Source: Deltaproteobacteria bacterium (lineage in GTDB: Bacteria; Desulfobacterota; DSM-4660; Desulfatiglandales; Desulfatiglandaceae). From it: a stretch of DNA of 27,378 nt. Position numbers and translations under genes: made by a program. The stretch lies in contig JAGHEC010000092.1 in assembly GCA_021159525.1 (NCBI GenBank), positions 1 to 27,378 of the forward strand, written 5' to 3'. The notes under the pieces were generated by a model. It made no database searches. It was not told the DNA's origin and worked only from the letters and a program-made list of their open reading frames with translations. Each line of letters opens with the position of its first letter. Within the stretch, counting starts at the first letter, position 1. This document shows positions 1-8,741 of the stretch, one piece after another.

Positions 1-24
1 CGGGACGAAAGTCTTGGCAAGAAC

Positions 25-162
25 GCTCAATTGGCCTTGGCAGGCGGGTGTCCCCCGCAGATAAGTCACTGAAGAGACCAGCCCGGAGGCCCGGAGCGGA
101 AGAAAAATTCTTCTGCCCCGGCACTAGGTTCGCAGTTATCCCCCTAATTATTGAGGTGATAC
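25..162 (+). repeat. Dispersed MITE/REP-like intergenic repeat, copy A
   Basis: Core ctgaagagaccagcccggaggcccggagcggaagaaaaat...ctgccccgg...ttatcccc..aattattgaggtgatac matches copies at 2121-2250 and 15518-15638 (rc). Ends are gctcaat (25-31) and ttattgag (148-155). Confidence 0.8.
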
Positions 163-263
163 AAAATGACCTAAACTAAGACGCTGTAAATATCATCTTT
201 TTGTCGTTGGGACATTGGTGTTTTGGCCGTTGTTACCTATTTCGTGCTTCGGATTTCGAATTT

Positions 264-294
264 CTTGACCGAAAAAACAGGGTTTTCGATCAAG
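264..294. other. Intergenic hairpin
   Basis: CTTGACCGAAAA (264-275) / TTTTCGATCAAG (283-294): 12-bp inverted repeat with one mismatch and a 7-nt loop. Confidence 0.5.
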
Positions 295-378
295 CAGTAA
301 TTATTGGGTTGATACGATTGGGCATAATCTATTGAATGGCAGTTTGCTTCCGCCTCACGCCGGGCGCCTCAATTGACG

Positions 379-2040
379 ATGAAATCATCACTTTATAGAA
401 ACCTTCAGAGAAAGATCATCGCCGTTACCCTGGCGGTTTCGCTTGCGCCCCTGGTGATTCTCGGGTTAACCATTTACAGTGGGTTCGCTCAAATGGCGAG
501 GGACAAGATCGAGGAGCAGATCCGATACCGGGCCATGGCCCAGGCAGAGGCCGTTGATCTCTTTTTGAAGGAACGTACAGCAATCCTCTGCGCCATGGCA
601 GATACCCATACCCTCTGCGATATGAAAGACGAGCGAAAACTGTCGCGTATTTTAGAGGTCATGAACGCACGGGCCGGCGCCTTTGTAGATCTGGGCGTCA
701 TCTCCAATTCCGGTCAGCATCTCGCCTATGTGGGGCCATACGATCTCAGGGGACTCAACTACTACCAGCAGGCATGGTTCGGCGAGGTCATGACCACGGG
801 CCTGTATATCAGCGATGTCTATATGGGTTACCGGCAGCTCCCGCATTTCATTATCGCGGTCCGTCGTCAGGAAGGAAGCAACACCTGGATTTTGAGGGCC
901 ACTGTTGATCCCGATATTTTCGGGGGGATCGTCCGCTCGGCCCAGATAGGAAAAACAGGGGACGCATTTATCGTCAACCGGGAGGGGATCTTTCAAACCC
1001 GTCCGCGCTTCGGCGGGGACATTCTGTCTAAGTGGCATTTCAACCCCCGGGAATTTGGAAGAAAAACAACGGTTATAGAAGGCCTCAACGGCCGGGGCAA
1101 GAAGACCCTCTATGCCGGATGCTGGCTGCGAAACGGCAAATGGCTTCTTGTAACCACTCAGGAAGCGGCCGAGGAAATGAGCGGGCTCTTTGGCGCCCGA
1201 AATACCGAGATCGCCCTTGTGGCCTGCGGCATCCTGGCCATCATCCTGACAACAATCTTTACTGCCCGGATGACTGTCAACCATCTAAGGGAAACCGATG
1301 TGCGGATGAATGAGCTGAACGCCCAACTGGTTCAGTCGGACAAGATGGCGGCCCTGGGCAAGATGGCCGCAGGCGTGGCCCATGAGATCAACAACCCCCT
1401 GGCAGTCATCCTCCAAAAGACCGGCTGGATGGAAGACCTGCTGGAAGAGTCTGAGTTCAGGGACAGCGAAAACTGTCAAGAGTTCAGGGAGTCTTTGCAC
1501 AAGATCGAAGAGCATGTGGAAAGGGCCAGAAAGGTGGTCCACAATATGCTGGGATTTGCCCGCAAGATGGAACCTCATATGGAAGATGTGGATGTCAATG
1601 CCACCCTGAGGCAAACCATTTCGCTGCTGGAAAACTACGCCCGCAACAACAATATTGAGATCATCACGAACCTTTCCCAAGACCTCCCCATAATCGCCAG
1701 CGATCAATCCCGGCTTCAGCAGGTATTTTTGAACCTTCTGAACAATGCCATTGACGCTATCGACAAGAACGGAACCATCGAGGTGAAAAGCCAAAGCGGA
1801 AACGGATTGATCCATGTGGATATCAAAGACAATGGCCGGGGCATTCCCAAGGAAGAGCAGAAAAAGGTATTCGACCCCTTTTTTACTACCAAAGAGACCG
1901 GGAAGGGAACAGGGCTGGGACTGTGGGTAAGCTATGACATTGTGTCCAAGATGGGCGGCAGCCTCGGATTTGTGAGCCAGCCGGGCAAAGGAACCACCTT
2001 CACGGTGGCGCTTCCGGTGGTTGCCCCTGAAAAAAAATAG
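379..2040 (+). CDS. Membrane sensor histidine kinase (TM-Cache-TM-HisKA-HATPase)
   Basis: H-box AHEINNPL, N-box QVFLNLLNNAIDA, G1 DNGRGI, F box FDPFFTTK, G2 GKGTGLGL. Two hydrophobic segments flank a Cache-like region. ATG 379 preferred over TTG 373 by analogy with the paralog start (MKS...). Confidence 0.95.
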   Translation: MKSSLYRNLQRKIIAVTLAVSLAPLVILGLTIYSGFAQMARDKIEEQIRYRAMAQAEAVDLFLKERTAILCAMADTHTLCDMKDERKLSRILEVMNARAGAFVDLGVISNSGQHLAYVGPYDLRGLNYYQQAWFGEVMTTGLYISDVYMGYRQLPHFIIAVRRQEGSNTWILRATVDPDIFGGIVRSAQIGKTGDAFIVNREGIFQTRPRFGGDILSKWHFNPREFGRKTTVIEGLNGRGKKTLYAGCWLRNGKWLLVTTQEAAEEMSGLFGARNTEIALVACGILAIILTTIFTARMTVNHLRETDVRMNELNAQLVQSDKMAALGKMAAGVAHEINNPLAVILQKTGWMEDLLEESEFRDSENCQEFRESLHKIEEHVERARKVVHNMLGFARKMEPHMEDVDVNATLRQTISLLENYARNNNIEIITNLSQDLPIIASDQSRLQQVFLNLLNNAIDAIDKNGTIEVKSQSGNGLIHVDIKDNGRGIPKEEQKKVFDPFFTTKETGKGTGLGLWVSYDIVSKMGGSLGFVSQPGKGTTFTVALPVVAPEKK

Positions 2041-2120
2041 ATTCCGATTTGTCTCTAAGCGGGGGGACCATGGACCCGGTGCAAACCGCTGGACATCCGA
2101 TACAGAAATGCAGCGCAAGG

Positions 2121-2250
2121 GCTCAATAAATAAAGGCAGGAGGGTTTTTCTGACGCGTCTGCCGGCCTCCGGCCCCGGAGGGAGCGGAAGAAAAATCATC
2201 CTGCCCCGGTGGTACGTTGGCTGTTGTCCCCCTGATTATTGAGCTGATAC
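2121..2250 (+). repeat. Dispersed MITE/REP-like intergenic repeat, copy B
   Basis: Bounded by perfect 9-bp inverted ends GCTCAATAA (2121-2129) / TTATTGAGC (2236-2244), followed by the conserved tgatac. Interior matches copies A and C. Confidence 0.85.
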
Positions 2251-2320
2251 AATGTACCGTATTACAAATAACATCTTAGGCGCTTTAATTTACTTTACAT
2301 GCTTTATCAGGGAGGAGCAG

Positions 2321-2785
2321 ATGGACACGTTTAGAGTTTTAGTAGTGGATGATGAAGAAGACTTTCTGGAAACCCTTGTGAAGCGCTTGAACAAGCGGAA
2401 CGTCGAGGCCACGGGTGTCGCCAGCGGGGAACAGGCCCTCGATGTGATGAAACAAAAGCTTTTTGACGTCGTGATCCTCGATATCAAAATGCCGGGGGGA
2501 ATGGACGGGATTGAAGCCCTCAGGGAAATGAAAAAAATACAGCCCCTGGCAGAGGTCATTCTGCTGACCGGGCATGCATCCGTCGAGACCAGCATCGAAG
2601 GAATGAAGCTGGGGGCCTTTGACTATCTTCTCAAGCCGATCAAACTGGAAGACCTCCTTGAAAAGCTGGCCCAGGCTTTTGAAAAAAAAGACGCCCATGA
2701 TCAAAAGATCCGCAAGGCAAGGATCAGGGAACTTATCCGCTTCCCTGCAAGGGTTCTCGAACAGGAAAAGGAAGATAAGCGATAA
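2321..2785 (+). CDS. Response regulator, receiver domain with short C-terminal tail (no DNA-binding domain)
   Basis: VLVVDDEE, VILDIKMPG (phospho-Asp), LTGH, DYLLKP. GGAGGA RBS at 2311-2316 supports ATG 2321 rather than 2252. Confidence 0.93.
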   Translation: MDTFRVLVVDDEEDFLETLVKRLNKRNVEATGVASGEQALDVMKQKLFDVVILDIKMPGGMDGIEALREMKKIQPLAEVILLTGHASVETSIEGMKLGAFDYLLKPIKLEDLLEKLAQAFEKKDAHDQKIRKARIRELIRFPARVLEQEKEDKR

Positions 2786-2822
2786 TCCATATGCCTTGCC
2801 CCATGCTGCCTGATGTCTGCCT

Positions 2823-2861
2823 CCCCCTGAAGAGGGCTGGGCATTGCCATGCTTCAGGGGG
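2823..2861 (+). terminator. Hairpin after RR1, possible terminator or stability element
   Basis: Perfect 10-bp stem CCCCCTGAAG (2823-2832) / CTTCAGGGGG (2852-2861). No clean U-tract immediately after it. Confidence 0.4.
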
Positions 2862-3016
2862 GCCGCAGGCCTTTTGCAAGCCCTTCTCACCTCACTTTAC
2901 AATCTGAAAAAAACCCTGACACACCAGCGGCGCTCACGGCGGCCCGCTTTCCGAAGAGTGCATAATAAGCGTCACAATAACTGGTAGTTAAAGCATATCA
3001 TCGCTGTGCATGCCCT

Positions 3017-3031
3017 TGGCATGGAGCTTGC
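3017..3031 (+). promoter_or_regulatory. Sigma-54 (RpoN) -24/-12 promoter
   Basis: TGGCATGGAGCTTGC matches TGGCAYRNNNNTTGC with exactly 10 nt between GG and GC, 40 nt upstream of ATG 3071. Confidence 0.7.
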
Positions 3032-3070
3032 GAGACCGTGTCTTAAAAACCGTACAGAGATGCGGATGCT

Positions 3071-4753
3071 ATGAAATCGCCCTATGCAAAAATGAGGCGG
3101 ACTATTTTATCCAGCATGATCGTGGTCCCCCTCGCTACACTGATGGTCGTTCTCGGGATCGGGTATTATTACTTCACCACGTCTCTGGAATCCAGCACCA
3201 TTGAGACGGTCAAACGAATCGTGGGCGACCATCGCCACATGATCGACGCATTCCTCAGGAACCGGAAGGCGAACCTGGAATTTGTCCTCAATTCCTATCC
3301 CTTTCACGAACTCGCCGACCCTGAAACGCTCTACAAAATACTCTTCCACCTGCAAAAGGAATCGAGCGCCTTTGTCGACCTGGGACTCTTTAACGAGGAA
3401 GGAATCCACGTGAACTATCAGGGCCCCTACCGGTTGGGGGGAAAAGACTACGGCAAGGCCCCGTGGTTCAAAAAGGTCATGGAAAAGGGGTGTTATATCA
3501 GCGACGTCTTTCTCGGATACCGCCGCATCCCCCACTTTATCATTGCCCTCAGGAAGGAAGAAGGGGGCATACCCTGGGTGATCCGCGCCACTATTGACAC
3601 GCACATTTTCAATGATCTGGTCAAAAAGGTCCGCATTGGAAAAAGCGGCGAGGCCTATCTCCTGAACTCCGAGGATATCTTCCAGACCGAACGGCGTTCC
3701 GGCGGAAACCTCATGGAAAAGGATCCTGAGCCTGTCAAGCCGCCCCCGACGCCGGGGGCCATCCATACATTTATTGAGAAAGACAACAGAGGAGACGCCT
3801 ATCTGTATGCCACCACATGGCTGCAAGAAAAAGACTGGCTTCTTGTAGTCAGACAGGAAAAGGCCGATGCCTTCAGGTTCCTGCGCTCTGCGGTTTATAC
3901 CATTGTCCTTGCAAGTCTTGTCGGCGGGGCCGGCATCATCGGCCTTTCCTTTTTCCTGACCGACCGGATTGTAAGGCAAATGGAAAGGGTGGACGCTGAA
4001 AGAGAGAAACTGGACGGGCAGTTGATTCGGGCCAGTCGACTGGCTGAACTGGGCGAGATGGCCACAGGCTTTGCCCACGAAATCAACAACCCGTTGCAGG
4101 TCATAAAGAGCGAACATGCCCTTATAGAGGCAATTATTGCGGAGTTTAAGGAAAAGGGCGATCTGAGGGTTTCGGAGTCGCTTTCCGAACTGGAAGATTC
4201 TGTCCGACAGATCGACGTCCAGATCGGCCGCTGTGCAGCCATCACCCAGTCCATCTTGAAATTCGGGAGGCAGAGCGAGCCTGTGGCGGAGGATATTACG
4301 CTTCAGGAGTTTATTCCCGAAAGCACCCGGATGATCGAGCAGAAAACAGCAGTCCACGGCATTGTTATGAGGCAGGAGGTATCGGAAGACACCCCACGGA
4401 TTCATGCAGACCGGGGTCAACTGCAACAGGTCCTTCTAAACCTCTATAACAACGCCATTGATGCCATACTGGCAAGACACGGAAGCCACGGGGGTGAACT
4501 GACCGTGGGGGCCAGGCCGAATGGAGAGGGAAAGGTCGAAGTCTTTGTGACGGACAATGGAACCGGGATCAGCCCTGAGGACTTGAAAAAGGTATTCAGA
4601 CCGTTCTTTACCACCAAACCGGTCGGCAAGGGGACCGGTCTCGGACTGTCGGTATGCTACGGCATCGTGGGCAGGATGGGCGGCGTAATGACTGTCCAGA
4701 GCGAAAAGGGCGTAGGCACCACATTCATTGTGACGCTGCCTGCGGCCGGGTAA
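3071..4753 (+). CDS. Membrane sensor histidine kinase (TM-Cache-TM-HisKA-HATPase), paralog of 379-2040
   Basis: H-box AHEINNPL, QVLLNLYNNAIDA, DNGTGI, FRPFFTTKPVGKGTGLGL. The periplasmic region shares AFVDLG, GPY, YISDV.GYR..PHFIIA and W..RAT motifs with HK1. Confidence 0.95.
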   Translation: MKSPYAKMRRTILSSMIVVPLATLMVVLGIGYYYFTTSLESSTIETVKRIVGDHRHMIDAFLRNRKANLEFVLNSYPFHELADPETLYKILFHLQKESSAFVDLGLFNEEGIHVNYQGPYRLGGKDYGKAPWFKKVMEKGCYISDVFLGYRRIPHFIIALRKEEGGIPWVIRATIDTHIFNDLVKKVRIGKSGEAYLLNSEDIFQTERRSGGNLMEKDPEPVKPPPTPGAIHTFIEKDNRGDAYLYATTWLQEKDWLLVVRQEKADAFRFLRSAVYTIVLASLVGGAGIIGLSFFLTDRIVRQMERVDAEREKLDGQLIRASRLAELGEMATGFAHEINNPLQVIKSEHALIEAIIAEFKEKGDLRVSESLSELEDSVRQIDVQIGRCAAITQSILKFGRQSEPVAEDITLQEFIPESTRMIEQKTAVHGIVMRQEVSEDTPRIHADRGQLQQVLLNLYNNAIDAILARHGSHGGELTVGARPNGEGKVEVFVTDNGTGISPEDLKKVFRPFFTTKPVGKGTGLGLSVCYGIVGRMGGVMTVQSEKGVGTTFIVTLPAAG

Positions 4754-4832
4754 TCCCTCCACGATCCGAAAAACGGCATTCGAGCGCACAACAACGCAAC
4801 CATTTACATTTACCAACTGTTGAGGGGTAAAC

Positions 4833-5288
4833 ATGGAAAAGATGAAGATGATGCTCGTGGACGACGAGGAGCGGTTTTTGTCGACCACAAAAAAGCTCCT
4901 TGCAAGGAAAGGATACGAGGTCCTCACCGCAACGAGCGGGAGCGAGGCCTTGGAGAAACTCATAACCAACGACATCCATGTGGTGATACTGGATGTCAAG
5001 ATGCCGGGCATGGACGGCATTGAAACCCTCAAGGCGATTAAACGGACATATCCGCTGGTAGAGGTCATCATGCTAACAGGGCACGCCACGGTTGAATCGG
5101 CCATAGAGGGTCTCAAATCAGGGGCCACTGATTATCTCATGAAGCCCACCGATGTGGAAGATCTGATCGCCAAGGCCGAAGAGGCATTTGAAAAGCGAAA
5201 GGTACTGGAAGGGAAGATCCGGGTGGCCCATACCCGCAGCTTCATGAAATCTCCCAGAGAAATCATAAGGGAGACCTCGGAGAGCTGA
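4833..5288 (+). CDS. Response regulator, receiver domain with short C-terminal tail
   Basis: MMLVDDEE, VILDVKMPGMDG, LTGH, DYLMKP. No output domain. Confidence 0.93.
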   Translation: MEKMKMMLVDDEERFLSTTKKLLARKGYEVLTATSGSEALEKLITNDIHVVILDVKMPGMDGIETLKAIKRTYPLVEVIMLTGHATVESAIEGLKSGATDYLMKPTDVEDLIAKAEEAFEKRKVLEGKIRVAHTRSFMKSPREIIRETSES

Positions 5289-5438
5289 TCTCAATGGGAA
5301 CGCAACAGGTCATCTCATGTCGAACATTGAGATGTCAGGCGCCACTTTTTGGAATTCAGACATTTGCCTTTTATTTCCGGAAATGTCCGAACTCGACCAA
5401 GGTTAACCTTTTTTCGAGCACACATGGAGGTGCATGAA

Positions 5439-6344
5439 ATGGCTACAGCAATCAAGGTTCTCATGGTGGACGACGAGGCCCAGTTTCGCTCCACCACATC
5501 CAAAATCCTCTCCAAAAGGGGATATGAGACCACGGTGGCCGAGAGCGGGGAGCAGGCAATTGAAATCCTTAAAAAGGCCCCGCAGGACGTGGTCATCCTG
5601 GATATCAGGATGCCCGGAATGGACGGCCACGAGGCCCTCGCACGGATGAAGGAGATTGACCCGGACGTTCAGGTTATCATGCTGACCGGACACGGCGGCG
5701 GCGAATCCGCAAAGGAATCGCTCAAACACGGGGCCTTTGATTACCTGAACAAGCCCTGCGACATCGAACTCTTGTCCATGAAAATCCGCGACGCCTACGA
5801 TGCCAAGCGACAGGGGGTCAAGGAGGAAAAAAAGGCAGGGGACATCATGATCCCCATTGCCGATTATACCACTATTGATGCGGACAGCACGATCAAGGAC
5901 GGAATCGAGCGGTTGAGAAGGTCTTTTGAAACCGCGGCCGCCACGAGCCGGCTTATGGAGACGGGCCACCGCTCCATCCTTGTATTTGAACGCGGGGCCG
6001 AGCTCGTGGGGATCCTGAGCATCCTGGATCTGATCCAGGCCCTGCGGCCCGCCTATCTGTCGGCCCCCAAGCCGTCCATGGCGGACAGCATGCAGTATTC
6101 CCCCATGTTCTGGTCCGGACTGTTTACCACCCAGGCCAGGTCCCTGGTCAATAAGCGGGTGCGGGATGTGATGTCCAAGGCGCCTTTAAAGATCGATGAA
6201 AACACCAACCTGATGGAGATCGCCAACCTGATATACACCGAAAAGCAGCGACGCGTGGCGGTTACCCGCCAGGGGAAAGTGGTTGGCGTGGTGAGGGAAC
6301 AGGAGCTCTTTTTTGAAATGGCCAAGATCATACTTGCGGCGTGA
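5439..6344 (+). CDS. Response regulator with C-terminal CBS domain pair (REC-CBS-CBS)
   Basis: VLMVDDE, VILDIRMPGMDG, DYLNKP, then CBS-type motifs (AGDIMIP...LVGILS; VRDVMSK...VVGVVREQEL). GGAGGT at 5426-5431 supports ATG 5439. Confidence 0.9.
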   Translation: MATAIKVLMVDDEAQFRSTTSKILSKRGYETTVAESGEQAIEILKKAPQDVVILDIRMPGMDGHEALARMKEIDPDVQVIMLTGHGGGESAKESLKHGAFDYLNKPCDIELLSMKIRDAYDAKRQGVKEEKKAGDIMIPIADYTTIDADSTIKDGIERLRRSFETAAATSRLMETGHRSILVFERGAELVGILSILDLIQALRPAYLSAPKPSMADSMQYSPMFWSGLFTTQARSLVNKRVRDVMSKAPLKIDENTNLMEIANLIYTEKQRRVAVTRQGKVVGVVREQELFFEMAKIILAA

Positions 6345-6423
6345 TGCGCAGGATGCGCGGCACATGTCTTATAGCATCACTTCCCAAAAATGGTCCAATC
6401 CATAAAAAAGCGAGGTGAAAAAT

Positions 6424-8274
6424 ATGGCGGAAGCAAAACAGAAAGCCACAGGCTATGACAAGTACGTCAATTGGAAGCTGTTCGTCATTCCAGTGGCGCT
6501 ATTTTTTGCGATTTTGATCCTTCCCACGCCTTACGGGATGAAGGATGTGGGAACCGAATACAATGTGGGGCCAAAGGCCGTCGTTAATCTCTTAACTAAC
6601 GAGCTTTTCGGCCAAAAAAGCACTGAGGTCGCCCAGTGGCAGCTCCTCACCGCGCAGATGATGGAAGCAAACATGAGGATGGGCGCGCTTGCCAAAGACC
6701 GGTTCCTGAAACGCAACCTCAAATGGTGCAGGAAATACAAGATACAGGCGGATGCTGTAAATTTCGGCAAGGCTCATAATTATGTAAAGGATAACGTGAG
6801 TGATAAAAACTTCAAACATATCATGACCAAGGCCCTGCAGCTCAGGAAGGACGGCCTCAAGTACGAGAACCTCTCTGAAACGGACAGGAAGGCGGCGGAC
6901 AAAGGGGCCTGGCATATCAAGGTGGCCATAGCCATGATGGCCTTTGTGATCTTCTGTTTTGTGACCGAATGCATTCCCCTGCCGGGTGTTGCCTTTTGCA
7001 TTGGCCTTATTCTCGTATTCACGGGCGTTGTCACCAGGAAGCAGGTGGCCATGCTCTACTGGTCGGACGCCTGCTGGTTTATCATGGGCAGCCTCATGTT
7101 TGCGGCCGCCTTTGTAAAGACAGGGGTCGATAAACGCATGTGCATGATGATGTTCAAAAGGCTGGCCGTTCCCAATGCCAGGTGGATCACCCTGATCTTC
7201 TTCCTTATCATCACCCCTCTCGCGGCCTTTATCTCCGATCATGCCCTTGCAGCCATGTTCCTGCCCATCGGCATGCTCCTTTACCAGAACAGCCTGACAG
7301 AAGAGATACCCGAAGATCCCGAGCTTGGCAAGATGCTGATGATCGCCATTGCCATGGCCTGCAACATCGGAGGCCCCGGGGCCCCGTCGGGCGGCGCCAG
7401 GAACGTGATCATGATGACCTACCTGAATGACATGTTCGGCTTTGATATCGGTTACTTCCAGTGGGTCACCTATTGCTTTCCGTTTCTCCTCGTGATGATC
7501 CCCATCACCTGGTTTATGGTGAACTGGCGGTTCAAACCCAGGATAACGTCTCTTGCCCCCGCCATGAATCAGCTCAGGACGGAAATAGACAGGATGGGCG
7601 GGTGGAACAGAAAACAGATATGGGCGCTCATTATTTTCCTAATCATGGTGTACGGATGGTTCACCGAAAAGGTTTTTTATAACTTAGGCATATACCCCGT
7701 ACGCCTCGGGATAGGAGTGATCGCTGTTGCGGGCGCGGTGGCCTATATCCTGGCCGGTGTGGTCAACTGGCGCGACTACCAGGAAAAGGTGGACTGGGGC
7801 GTAGTATGGCTCTATGCGGGCGCTATTATCTTCGGCAGAACACTGGATCAGACCGGGGCCGCCTACTGGCTCGCAAGAACGGTCATCGACCTGCTTGCGC
7901 CCCTTGGGATGTCTTCAGGAATTCCGCTCATGGCCACGGCAAACGGGCTTACAGCCTGTCTCACCAACCTCATGGCGGACGGACCCGCGGCCGCGGCCGT
8001 CGGTCCCATTACCCTAAACATGGCAGGCCTTGTCCATCCGGGCTCCACGTTTCTGCCCTTCATGGCCATGTCCACGGCAATAGCCTCCTCCTTTGCCTAT
8101 TGTCTGATCATAGGGACGCCGCCGAACGCCATTGTGTACGCCAGCGGATACCTGGAGCCCAAGGACTACCTGAGGGTCGGAATCCCCATGTGGTTTATCG
8201 CCAATATAGTGATTGTTTTGCTTACCGCGGTATATTGGTCCTTCAGGGGGTTCGGCGGCCTGCCTGGGTTTTAG
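6424..8274 (+). CDS. DASS/SLC13 family (divalent anion symporter/exchanger) transporter with a large N-terminal loop insertion
   Basis: Multi-TM protein with CFVTECIPLP, FIMGSLMFAAA, WGVVWLYAGAI and IIGTPPNAIVYASG motifs typical of DASS. GAGGTG RBS at 6412-6417 supports ATG 6424. Confidence 0.88.
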   Translation: MAEAKQKATGYDKYVNWKLFVIPVALFFAILILPTPYGMKDVGTEYNVGPKAVVNLLTNELFGQKSTEVAQWQLLTAQMMEANMRMGALAKDRFLKRNLKWCRKYKIQADAVNFGKAHNYVKDNVSDKNFKHIMTKALQLRKDGLKYENLSETDRKAADKGAWHIKVAIAMMAFVIFCFVTECIPLPGVAFCIGLILVFTGVVTRKQVAMLYWSDACWFIMGSLMFAAAFVKTGVDKRMCMMMFKRLAVPNARWITLIFFLIITPLAAFISDHALAAMFLPIGMLLYQNSLTEEIPEDPELGKMLMIAIAMACNIGGPGAPSGGARNVIMMTYLNDMFGFDIGYFQWVTYCFPFLLVMIPITWFMVNWRFKPRITSLAPAMNQLRTEIDRMGGWNRKQIWALIIFLIMVYGWFTEKVFYNLGIYPVRLGIGVIAVAGAVAYILAGVVNWRDYQEKVDWGVVWLYAGAIIFGRTLDQTGAAYWLARTVIDLLAPLGMSSGIPLMATANGLTACLTNLMADGPAAAAVGPITLNMAGLVHPGSTFLPFMAMSTAIASSFAYCLIIGTPPNAIVYASGYLEPKDYLRVGIPMWFIANIVIVLLTAVYWSFRGFGGLPGF

Positions 8275-8391
8275 AGATGTACATGCAGCAGCAGTTGGAG
8301 GTCAGACGTCAGAGGTCGGAGTTTCAATCGCCAGTTACCAATTATAACGGATTTGAATAAAGATAGCTATTCAATTCTGGAGGCAGCATCA

Positions 8392-8547
8392 ATGGAAGCA
8401 CAAAACGATCGGAAGGTCCAAAAGAAGGCATTTTTCCACGCCGAGGGCGTGACCTATTTCGACAAAAGTACAGAGCGAACCATCTTCTTTGTTTTGACCG
8501 TCATCATGCTCGTCTGCGGCGTTTTCGCAAAGCTCGGGATATTTTGA
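8392..8547 (+). CDS. Small (51 aa) single-pass membrane protein
   Basis: GGAGG RBS before ATG 8392. C-terminal hydrophobic helix IFFVLTVIMLVCGVFAKLGIF. Confidence 0.65.
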   Translation: MEAQNDRKVQKKAFFHAEGVTYFDKSTERTIFFVLTVIMLVCGVFAKLGIF

Positions 8548-8741
8548 TTGATGATGAGTGATGCATGATTGTCAATGGGACGGGGCAAAGGAACGGGCAT
8601 GCCCCTCCCTTTGACATGCAAAAGGACAAGGGCAATCGTTGATTGCATCGTCCAAACACGAGCGCCATATCGATAACCGACTGTTAGTCGTTGACACAAA
8701 AGACATTCATAAAGAACCGGCACGGAGGTCAACCAAGCATC

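Noticed and set aside
319-336. Sigma-54-like GGGCATAATCTATTGA upstream of HK1, and CGGCACATGTCTTATAGC upstream of the DASS gene
   Set aside because: Both lack TTGC at the required GG-N10-GC spacing.
2021-2242. 73-aa ORF, and the similar 76-aa ORF at 15499-15729, sharing GSIN..RRVFL
   Set aside because: The similarity comes from translating the dispersed repeat. There is no RBS or other evidence of coding.
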